Shown: one piece after another, positions 52,979 to 64,000 of the stretch
How positions within the stretch are numbered: position 1 is the stretch's first letter
Layout: every line of letters starts with the position of its first letter
Source: Balanoglossus misakiensis
Taxonomy: Eukaryota > Animalia > Hemichordata
Direction of reading: 5' to 3'
Assembly (NCBI GenBank): GCA_040954595.2
Contig: CM082596.2
Location: 11,028,454-11,092,453, forward strand
DNA: 64,000 nucleotides
Notes under the pieces: generated by a model
Database searches by the model: none
The model's input: the letters and a program-made list of their open reading frames with translations, nothing else
What the model was told of the DNA's origin: nothing
Translations under genes and position numbers: made by a program

Positions 52979-53695
52979 TTAACCAAAAATATAAAAACAT
53001 TATTTTATTTATACATGTGTGGTAACTTATGTAAACTGGGCAGACTGAAGAAGATATCTGCCCTTATTGATCATACTATCTAAGTAAGTTACTTAAGCAA
53101 TAAGCCCGAGATTTGGGTACAATTCGAGACATATAGCGCGAGCTGTCAGGCGAGTCTATATGGAGCAAATTGTACCCAAATCGAGTGCTATTATATCAAC
53201 AATTGTTTTTGTGGCATATCAGTGTCATTTTCTTACCGAGACGGCGTCACAAAGAGAAATTACGATCGTGAACCAACATGGCGACGATGAATGTAAACAC
53301 GAGCGGCCGGGATCGAGCATTAAACATGAAGCAGACGACAAAAAGTGACAAGACGGGCATCGCGCGTGGCAAAGTTACAAATATTTCTACAGAGCAGTTC
53401 CAAAATAAAACGATTAATTCAACAGTATTTTTGTTTTATTTAGTTGGTTTAAACACGCGCGGCTGTGGTTTAACCGCACATTTGTGCTGCCGCATGCTAG
53501 TTCAGGGGCCCGTTTTAGCACTGCCAGCAGTGCTATATGACTATGTTAGCATCGCTGGATTGAGCTCTCGTCCAATCAGAATTGCGGACGGTAGCATGAT
53601 ATACATGTAATATAATTGCAGATATAATGGTCAGGGTCACAGAAAAATATGATATTCTAATCACAGGGATAGGGGAAATAGTTAAATAATATGAG

Positions 53696-53849
53696 GTTAT
53701 CGCCCCATATCACCTCTTGTGTTGGGCCATATTTACCGCTCGTGTGGGTTGTGAGCCGCATCACACGAGTTGAAGACGAGTGTGACGCAGCTCACAACCC
53801 ACACGAGCGGCAAATATGGCCCAACAAGAGGTGATATGGGGCGAAAACC
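53696..53849. repeat. ~70-bp-arm hairpin immediately upstream of the Crypton relic
   Basis: CGCCCCATATCACCTCTTG...GCTCGTGTGGGTTGTGAGC is mirrored by GCTCACAACCCACACGAGC...CAAGAGGTGATATGGGGCG. Confidence 0.9.
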
Positions 53850-53859
53850 GATTTATCAT

Positions 53860-54888
53860 ATGCCCAAACACACAGACCTGTACGCAGAGCTATATGAACC
53901 CGCTACTTTGACGAGCTCAATCAGCGGGAAATCAAGCGTTATCTTCAGGACAACGGTTACCCGGTCTCCATCATCCGTGGCAATGAGTTCCAGCTCTCCC
54001 AAAAATGCCTCACAGAAAAAAGAGTTGAACAAAAAAAACAGGGACGGGGAAATAAGCCACAAGCTGCCCAAGTGATTACTGATAAAGAAGAACAACTTTT
54101 GATTGAAAGAGGATTTGTCGGTCGATCGACTCCCGAAGCGTTGTTCAACGCAGTTTGGATGAACAACACCAAGATGTTGGGCTTTCGCGGTGGCCAAGAA
54201 AATCGGGAACTGAAATTGGGGGGGGGGGGGGGGGGGGGGGAATCAAGCTCAAAAGACGGCCGACCACAAAGAATATCTCGAATTTAACGAAAGGGAGACG
54301 AAGACTGCAGATTTAGACAGGCTGGTGCGAAACCACGACCCTTCAACCCCAAAATCTTCGCCACTCCCGAGAAGCCAGACACATGTCCCATAGCCACATC
54401 CAAGGAGTTCGCAAATCGTCGCCCCGTTGAAATGAATACCCTAGACAGCCCCTTCTACTTGCATTGGCAATCAATTATTCGCCCTCATCAACCATATGGT
54501 TTAAGAAATCTCCAATGGGAAAGAATAAGTTGGCAACAGTCGTCCAAAGTATGAGCGAGAAAGCAGGCATCAGAGGGGGAAAAACAATCACAACATGAGA
54601 AAAACAGCCATCACGAAATTGTTGCACGCCGGTATTCCACCGACCCAAGTGCAACAGTTATCGGGCCACAGTCAGCTGCAGTCGGTCAACAACTATGCCA
54701 CCGCCTCGCTAAGACAGCAGGAAGAGATGTCAAACATCCTCGCTCCATGTTCATCCAAACAAGTCGAAAATTGGGCAATTTCTGGTTCCGTCAGTGCAAG
54801 CACGTATCAGATGGAAGCGGCGACAAGGGGCGGTATATTTAGCGACGCAGAGACATATGGCGGCTCGTTCAATATCTATGTTTCAAAT
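53860..54888 (+). pseudogene. Crypton-type tyrosine recombinase (DUF3504-like) relic
   Basis: Across frameshifts: TPEALFNAVWMNNTKMLGFRGGQE, EYLEFNERETKT, TCPI, SPFYL, WFKKSPMGKNKL, and H-N-M-RKTAITKLLHAG...LSGHSQLQSVNNY. Confidence 0.82.
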
Positions 54889-57379
54889 AGTCCTGTTTCA
54901 AAATGACCTACATTACAGGTCCTATGCACACGTATTACATGTTCTGATTGGTTTATCCGCTTCTCTAAGGTCCACTTGCGGCTCGCTGATTGGAGGGACC
55001 TTATGTGTTAGGTCATATTACTATGTATTATTCACCAGACCTTGTAGGTTAGGTCTTATTACTATGCATTATTCACTTTACAGCTCCCTGAGTGGTTAAT
55101 GTGTAGGTCTGGTCCTCCAGTGTTCACTGCCTCATTATGCAGGACCTTGTAGGTTAGGTCTTATTAATATGTATTTATTCACCATACAGCTCCCTGATTG
55201 GTTAACGTGTCAGTCTGGTCCCCCATGTGTTCACTGCCTCATTGTGAAATGTCCCAAGTGCTTCCTGGCTACCGTTGTGGTAACACATTATTAGGGATGT
55301 CCGCAGATCGTTCATTGATTTTCTAAGAAATAGCCTGACATATATTATCTCCAACATAAACTGCACCCTGGAAAGATTAAATGATTTTTTTAGATGGACT
55401 TTGAAAATCTGATTAACTCATCTAAGCACTTTAGCTAAGTTGTATATTTTTTTAATCACCCTCCTACTTCTCATCATCAATTTTATTATTGTTGTTATTA
55501 CTTTTTTAAAGTAAATTTGTTTTGACGAAGATGTTGATTGTGATAAGGAGCACGTTGTCCGTTTATACATTCGTATATTGTTTTAATAAAATGGAACTGT
55601 GACGGTGCAGCTTCGTGAAGGAAGTACAATAAAAGTAATCATACCTGTAAAGCAACTAATTATATATATGTGTGATTTGTTCGGATACTGTAGGCCTCCG
55701 GCCTCCTAGTAATCACAAAAGTCATACAAAGAAAAGTACAGAGGGACACTCAACTAGAAACAAGTACAATCAGTATTACACGGTTGAAAGTTCCTCAACA
55801 GTCTCGGAACGCATCTTCATGGCATAGTAGATAAATTTTGAAATATTGCGTACAATAGTTGTGTTTTGAGACTGTTAAAGCTGGGTAAATTTTTGAAAGG
55901 AAGGATTTATGTAAAAATACCTTGGAATATATTTTGACCTTAACTCCTGATATAGAGGACACATCATACTAAAGTGGAACTCGTCTTCAATGCTTGTAGA
56001 ATTACAATATACACAAATTCTTTCTGAGCGCTCATTACGTAATTTTCTATCTGATTCGATGCGTAGTGCATGCGCAGAAACTCTAAAACGACACATGGCT
56101 TCTCTATGTGAATCGTTATCAATACATGATAAGTAATGCTCTTGCCCAAAGGTCATTTTGAAAGTACGATAACAGTCCATTTTGGGAAACAGACGTAAAT
56201 TTGAATACCAATTCTGAATATCAATGTCTCGACATCTCTGTTTAAATAAATTAATAAAGTTAACATCACAACCCACACCTTGATTAAGCCAAGCTTCGCC
56301 CATACCAAAAGAAAACAACAAGGTCTTAACATCATAGGCCCAGCATGGTTTACTCTTTTCAGCTTCCTTATATTGGAAAATATAGCATTTTTGCACAATA
56401 CGCTGCTGTGGCATTGAAAGCAAGCGCAGCCAATATTTGATAATCCTTACAAGTCTACATGTACGAATTGTAAAACGCCCCAGCTCACCCCTAACAGCGA
56501 GAGTGGTCGCATTGCCATACAATCTCAAAATAAAACGACAGAATTTATTGTGTACTATTTCAATTTGGTCGGCCTGGTGGAAACCCCACACTTCACTTCC
56601 ATACATTAAAATTGGAAGGATTTTACTATCAAAGCAATAAAGCAACGAATGAGGTATCCCAAAGAAATGCAATGCTATGCTAAACATTTCTATTGTAAGA
56701 TATTTTTGGTTTGCTCGAATGAATAGCACACACTTCGTATTCAGCCAGGTGTTACACGAAGTGATGCGCTGAAAGGCATTACGTAACAAAACACTAGCCC
56801 ATTTCAACAAACCGCCACTGGAAATAAATGCGAAATTTCTCCTGGCAATTTTTATTTCGAGTATCTAGTTCACAATATCACATAAAATGCCATGAATAGT
56901 GAAGGAAAAGGTGAAATCAAATCATTATATGAGTGCCTTTCTTAATATACACTGGGATCGATCGCGAGCTTCGACCACGCGCAGGTAGCATGCCAGACAG
57001 AATGCGACAAAAGTATTCAGAAAGTACAAAAGACTTTGCATAACAAAGCAGTGAAAACTGGAGACCTACACATTAACCAATCAGGGAGCTGAAAATTGAA
57101 TAAATACATATTAATAAGACCTAACCTACAAGGTCCTGCATAATGAGGCAGTGAACACTGGAGGACCAGACCTACACATTAACCAATCAGGGAGCTGTAA
57201 AGTGAATAATACATAGTAATAAGACCTAACCTACAAGGTCTAGTGAATAATACATAATGATAAGACCTAACACATAAGGTCCCTCCAATCAGCGTGCCGC
57301 AAGTGGACCTAAGATTACCAGATGGACCAATCACAGATGTCGGTACATGTGCCATGGACCTGACTTATGAAACAGGACT
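54889..57379. mobile_element. Non-autonomous element with ~300-bp imperfect TIRs, containing a LINE fragment
   Basis: Termini AGTCCTGTTTCA / TGAAACAGGACT. 54930-55200 mirrors 57070-57360. The TSD reads AAT (or TA if each end is 1 bp further in). Confidence 0.75.
55665..56690 (-). mobile_element. 3' fragment of an RTE/RTE-X-like non-LTR retrotransposon
   Basis: PILMYGSEVWG, IEIVHNKFCRFIL, AVRGELGR, RFRVSAHALRIE and the C-terminal CVYC...IEDEFHFSMMCPLY finger. Boundaries are approximate. Confidence 0.85.
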
Positions 57380-57549
57380 AATGCGACGTCGACGGGATCA
57401 CCTTCCATGACACAGCCCCCACCACCGCACAAACGCCCGACAGCCAGTTTTGGCTTATTCACGTGTCCGGTGCTACATGCATGTCATCGGCCGACAACTT
57501 TGTTTGGCCGGTTTATTATGTGACTTGATCACGCGACAGACGTCATTTG

Positions 57550-59533
57550 CAGTCTTCGGACTGAGCGCGATTCCCATTATCAAAACACCGCAAAGCATGC
57601 TGGGAAATTTCAGCACTCATTGACCTCTGTTATGGCGGCTAAGAACCCAGCGTACGTGGAGAGATTTCAATCCAATTTTTTTCCATGTTTTGAGAGTACT
57701 TGACAGATTTCGTTATCTTTGTGAAAATTATTGAAATAAAGCAATAAGAGAATCAAAGAGATGAATTCGGTAGATTTGCGGAAAATAAAAATAAAAGAGT
57801 TACCTTTGACCCCTTCTATTTTAGCCTTCAAAGGCATATACCAACTTTGATTTTTTGTGCCTTTTCATCCAAAGCTTCAATGGACGAGAAAAAACGTGGT
57901 ATATACTCTATTTCATTAGAACTTTGTTGGAAACTATCGTATATCATGATCAACGACTGAATAAAGACTGTGGGACGTCTCCAATTGTTGTTGTTAAATT
58001 GGCGATTTTGTAGCAAAATACCGTGATTTTGCCGTGTCGTAGTAAAAAAAATCCAGACGCAAATGTCATGCAGAGTGTTTATTTTAATCACTCATCACCT
58101 CTTATGCTCATTTTTTCGTCCAGAACATCTTGCCCGTAAATTCCACACTTTCTGACAGGGTCTTCCTGGCACACACTGTTTTTGGGTGAAAATGCAGTGA
58201 TTTGTTTGATTTTTTGTGCCTTTTCATCCAAAGAGTGAAAACTATTCAAACTCGAATTTCTGGGGTCATATATACTTTATTGTTATCATACGAACCTATT
58301 TTAGCTAGTGCTAAGCCTCTAAAAAAATATGCAGCCACTCGAAGTGAGGCGTAAAACGTAGTTTGTCGATATTTTGGTTATGAATGTTTGTGGGCCTTCA
58401 ATCAATAATTTATCAGATACGACCGTCCGCAGTGCCCAAAATACTTACGATACATGTTGTTATTTCGTAATCACACCGATCGAACACAGATACCTCGCGT
58501 GGATGCATGCACCATGTCGTTTTTCAACGGTTTTGTGAATTTAACACCAATTTCAAGGGAAGTGCTTGCAGTCATGTATCCCGCAATCAGCCAAAATAAG
58601 ACCCCAACAGCGAAAAAAGAGACGCATCTGGAACAAACACGCATATTTACTTCCTCTGACTTCCGTAAGAACCGCGATTACATGCAGAATTACCCCACTA
58701 GAGCCCATGTGTGTACCCTAATCACATGGGTCAGTCTCTGACACAGAGATATCAACGCCCCTTTCATGACGTTCAAGCCTGATGACAGCATCATTGATCA
58801 ATGGGTGGGTAGATATACTCATAACTGACATGATCTTATATATAAATATTCAGATATTTGTTTACAACAAACTTAGATGTATCGAATAAACTTTGAGCAA
58901 AAGCGTGAAGCCTTGCCTTTCTTGGCGGGAGATTGACGCATGTTGTTTACGTTACCATGGCGCCATAGAAATAGTAACGCTATTTAGCATATCACGTGCA
59001 CTAAATGACACCCACTGGTTGGCGTATTCAAAAGGTCATAACATTTTGGGGTCATCAGTCGGCAGACTGAAAGTCATTGAGAAATTGTGGTTTCTCGTCA
59101 TTCAATTGAGGTTCATTGGTCAGAGAAAGTCGTCTGGGAATCCCCAGGTTTCGCTGCTTGCTGCATATGTTGAAATATTGCACCAGCATCATTTTAGCAA
59201 CCACGATCTGTCAAATTTTGGTTAGTTCCATAGGCATCGCCATGCAATTTGCAGTGCGGGGCTGGTAAATTCAAGTGTTGATGTTTTTTCTGAGTTAATT
59301 TTTGTAAAAAAATCACGTCGGTTTTTGGATTTGTCACAGCGAGTAAGGAACTTAATGTCAGTTCTTTGTTAAAAGCTAAGCTCGCTGGATTTTTTTCGTG
59401 TTGGAGACACTGCGACTTGTAATTTCTGTTTCCGACCGTAATTTTCCGGACACTCGACAGCGTAGTCAGCCTTTTTGAATACTTAATGAGTGATAATGGA
59501 CACGCCCACTTTGCGCGCCCAGTCCGAAGACTG
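57550..59533. mobile_element. Non-autonomous TIR element (Academ-like), 1984 bp
   Basis: 20-bp TIR CAGTCTTCGGACTG(A/G)GCGCG and a 3-bp TSD TTG. No coding capacity recognised; the superfamily is tentative. Confidence 0.75.
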
Positions 59534-60472
59534 TTGTATCAAAACCTTATTACAACTGCCCTGATTAGTTGATAAAAAGTTGCAGCTGGCCGGCCGACTT
59601 CTTCCTCAAAATAAACATACGTTATGAACGAGGATATATGGGCAAAGGTCAGTGTGACGTCATGAGATTCGACTCTGGAATTCACGCGATGGATTTTGCC
59701 TGGTCGATGTACGTACGGCTACAATACAAATACATGTATTTCAAAGGTGGGTAATTTTTAACAATATTGTGTCCGTGTTTACGAGGTATTAAGAATTGTT
59801 GGCAAGTGCCTCTCAGAAAACTGGTCTTTTAAATATTGTCTTCGCAAAATACGACAACATTTATCGACATAATATTTAATTTCTCATGTGCACTCTTCAC
59901 CCGGCGGGGGCTGATGCGACTGTTTAAAAATATGTGTAAACTAAGTCAGTGTTGATTCTGTCCGGGTCATTATTCTAATGTATTTATTTTGAATTAACTT
60001 GTGTACATTCAGGTAATCGTATGGATATGTATGGAAATACACATTAATTCAAGACAGTTATATCCCAGAAGTCGAACCTCCATGTGTGTATTCAGTGAAA
60101 GGAACTCACAACATTATGTGATTTGATTTGTGTATGTGCTTGGGATCCAATCATGCTGTTGAGATTGCCTGGAAACTTGGGTTGCATGGCGTTTCAGTGA
60201 GTATCATTTATGCTTTATGATGTTTTGCCGTATAATTTGTGGGTCATTTCAAGTACTAGTAAGTGATGATCAAATTTTACAGTTACTCTGAGGTAACCAT
60301 TTAAAACACGAATTATACCAAATAAATGAATTTGCTTAGAATTCCAAACTGTGGGAGAGTTTGCATAATTTTTCGTATGCAATTTTCTGATGGCAATGTA
60401 TTTGACTGTAAACAAATATTGTCTTCCATTCGTAGCGATATTTTGTCAGTGAAATGGCTTCATCATTATCCC

Positions 60473-60707
60473 TAGTCTCGGTTACCTAGACCCCCCTGCT
60501 TCTTCTGTTGGGCACTCCAGAAAGAGGGTCTGGGGAAACCCCATAGACAAATCTACTGGCAAAGATGGCCGACTTGAGACAAAAGCGATGCATGATGGTC
60601 GATATTTATAACATTTGATATTTGAAGATTTGTCTATGGGGTTTCCCAAGACCTTCTTTCTGGAGTGCCCAACGGAAGAAGCAGGGGGGTCTAGGTAACC
60701 GAGACTA
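60473..60707. mobile_element. Hairpin MITE, 235 bp, with 9-bp TSD
   Basis: ~80-bp TIRs starting TAGTCTCGGTTACCTAGACCCCCC. TSD CATTATCCC at 60464-60472 and 60708-60716. Confidence 0.93.
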
Positions 60708-63700
60708 CATTATCCCCCAACCAAAGTTGGAACAGAGTTAAATATGCACAGCTTGAAATTGTAAAATGTTGCAAAATTGAGCCAACAGTTCGGTCAACAA
60801 TCACGTTCTTACAGCTATTATTAGAACCAGACTGTCTCAGGGAACAAGAGACATAGGCCTGATTTGCAAGCCGAGTTGGAAATGACTTTGCCTGCCCACG
60901 GACCTACCAATTTCAGTGAATCTTATTTTATTTAAATATGAAAATGGAGAACTATCCTCTGTTTTCTGATTGTTAGCCTGCATACATCATTATATGTACC
61001 TTGAGTGATTCCGGTTTATTTCGTATCCTGTGAATGGGAATTTAGTTACCAAAACCGGCGTTTCTCACAGTGCAAAGACCTAATCCACTGGGCAACCGGG
61101 TCTGTCAAATTGATCTGATGCCTCTTCCTGGCCGAAGGATCACCAGTTGTATTTTCACATTGCATATAAATAGAAACCCAATTAAATTATGCCATATGAT
61201 TTTATTGACAAGTAAAAGTTTCATAACTGTTAGTGTTAATTACAATACCTAAATTTCCAAATGTAAGAATGCTGTAAGTTTTCATGTGATTGATATTAAT
61301 TATACATTTTCAAAATTTGCTTCTCTGAATTTTCAAGTCTTGTCAGCCCAATTGGGCTGGTGAATATACACAAATAAATCTTTAAAACATACTGTAAAAT
61401 CATTATTCTATTGTACAAAAATATTTAGAAAGAAAGATTTTTTTTTATTTTATCCAATATATAATCGGCCGTCAACGCACTAGCAGGGTTACGTGATTCA
61501 AAAATGCATGCGAAACTAAATTTCATTGAACTACTGACTCAGTGATTGATATGTAAATTAGGAGCAGCCAATAAGCACGCATTGGTGAACCCGACCTGAC
61601 CCCGTCCACCGTACTCCATGCCCAGGCCATATGTTCACTGCGTAAGTGTGTCTAAATATAGCTCGGTTACATTTGCATAAATTACAGCTTTGTTCATGTT
61701 CTTCTGAACTTTGTCTGATAGAATAAACATGAGTCTTATAAAAGTTTGAGTTTACAAAAATTTAGAAGAAAGTTTGTACTCAGTGTGCCATCGAAGTGGG
61801 AAAGGAAAGATAATAACACTGTCAGGAGTCTACTACCTCCATGATGAACCAGAGAGCAATGACTATTTTAATTTATTTCAAATACTATGTTTACAACTGC
61901 TACATGTATGCTCCCATTAACTGGGGAAAGGAAATGATTGAACTGTCTGTTTATGTGATCCGGATTTTGTGATTTTCTGATAGATTGATAGTTTTCTGAT
62001 AGTTTATGGACGACGCTGTTCTTCCAATGACTGTCCAGTACGTATTTGCACAATGTGAACCTTGACCAGGTGTACAGCACCCTCATGAAGCAAAGAGGTA
62101 CAACCGTTCTCTTTGGTAACTTGGCTGCTATGAGTAGGTTGGTAAATTTTTGTCGCTCTTTGAAATCGCTCATAAAAGTGTTCAATTGTTGACATCCACT
62201 TCTATTATTGAGATGAAATGATGCATTAGTCTCTCAAGAACAGTCAACTGTAATAATTTGGAAGAGTGTTTAATGTTTTTGTGAGTTTTTTGAGCTTTTA
62301 TTCAGAGTTGATGTAAGTACAATGAACAGTCACATATGTTACAGTGTACTGCCATGGTCAAACAATACTTGGACATTTAGTTATTATCGCCTGTTGGAAA
62401 TTTCTCTCGTAACTTCTACTGGTGCACCGATTTTTTTTTCTTTTAACATGCATTTCTCATACATTGCACTACTGCTGCGAATTGGTATAACAATACAGTG
62501 AATTGCATCACCAATATAGCAGTATAACACAGGATACAAAATCTAAGATGTCTTAGGATGTTTTTGAACTAATCAGTAACCATTTTCTAAAAATTATAGA
62601 TCTGAAACTAAAATTCAGAATTTGGTCAGCCCTGGGAAATATATTGTGTGAAGCCATTTATGTGTGTGGGGCCATTTTTTATACTAAATTTAAAATGGTA
62701 ATTAGAGCCCTTGGTAGAAGTTCTGCACTGAAAAAAAGTGTGAACTTGGCATGGGCAGGTAAAAGAATTGTTGGTAAATCATTTAGCAAATTCCTGAATG
62801 ATTGCATAACTGGCTACGTTTTGAAGAGACCAGCTGTTCTATTTAGTATATGTACAGTACATATGCCATTGGCAGCTTATGGGTTAGTCAGTGCTTGCCC
62901 ATTGATCTCTCGCTATGTGTGTGTGTCTGTCTGTATATGGCCATGTACTCTGGTGTAGACTTTTTCTTGTGTAATCACTCAATGGGACCACCATGTCCTT
63001 GACGCGATTTTTGCCATTTTTGGTCAAAAATCAGTTTCTCTGAGACTTCCTGTCAGATTGCTTTTAAATTTTAGTATTCTTGTTCCAAGTGGTAACCCTC
63101 GTAATGTTGCATCATTTTGGTGAAATTTGTACATTTGTGGTCTTGAAGCAATTTTTGCAATTTATATTCTTTGAAACCACCTGTTCCTTGTGGTGATTGA
63201 AGTAAGATATTGTACAATTTGTTGATATTGAATTTTTGTGGTTTGAGGCAGTTTTTGTCATTGTTGAACACATATTATTTTCGCTGAAAATACTTGTCAG
63301 ATTCCTTTGAAATTTTATTACAGTAGGTCATATCTGCTTGCCAATGTCACTTGTGATTTTTTTTTCGTGTACACACCTGATTTTGCGTAATCCCCAGATG
63401 GGTCCACAGTGTGTTATAACGTGACCAATATTTACTGGTAAATCCTGTATGTTCTACTTCTGGCAACTTTGAAATATGTTGATGTTTGGGTTAAATGAGA
63501 TTCTTCACAAACATACAATACAGAGTGTGTGGTACAGTCCATGGTCACATTCAGAACTACCTAGTCTATATCTGTATGCTTTGCTTCCAAAACTAACACC
63601 TAGAGCCATGCATACCATTGGCCAAATAAACTGGAACCCCTAGCTGGGAATAGTGATGTAAGTAGTGTCCCTTTGAAGTCAATCACATAAACTGAACAGT

Positions 63701-64000
63701 GTTGATTAAGTGTAAGATAAAAAAATAGATTATAGTGAAGGCAGGGCTTATAACATTGAAAATGCTACCAGCCTTAATTACACATATCCTTTGTATAATC
63801 ATTGGAAAAACAATGTACCATAGACTTGCATAGCACTGTGATGGTGAATCACAAATAGCCACTTTCATTACATTACATCAATCAGTCGATTAGCTATAAT
63901 AAGATAAATATTCCCACTGTAATTAACATCACTGTTGTTATTAGTATCTATTGCCAATCAGTATTAATTATGCCATTATGTTATTTTAAGTCAATTGTCA

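Noticed and set aside
61868-63868. Possible coding remnants near the right end
   Set aside because: The ORFs are short with no recognisable motifs or consistent exon structure.

Overview
This is AT-rich animal genomic DNA with spliceosomal introns, probably from a marine invertebrate (inference), and it consists almost entirely of repeats and mobile elements. I recognise no host gene, RNA gene or CRISPR array. In order: a ~206-bp satellite (1-6024); a decayed DIRS/Ngaro tyrosine-recombinase retrotransposon (6025-~10150); a 10.6-kb P-superfamily DNA transposon with 31-bp TIRs and a 7-bp TSD (10803-21413); a gag-only Ngaro element with split direct repeats (22349-25246); a ~20-kb inverted triplication holding three Pif1-helicase pseudogene copies (26847-46673); then MITEs, a CR1/L2-type LINE, a Crypton recombinase relic and an RTE-type LINE fragment. 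The best candidate for a new system is the P element. It carries two convergent spliced genes: a transposase with no visible THAP domain and no C-terminal domain, and an intact 456-aa gene encoding a C2H2 finger plus a domain resembling that missing C-terminus. This suggests a two-component (split) P transposase. All family assignments come from motif recognition by eye; no database search was run.
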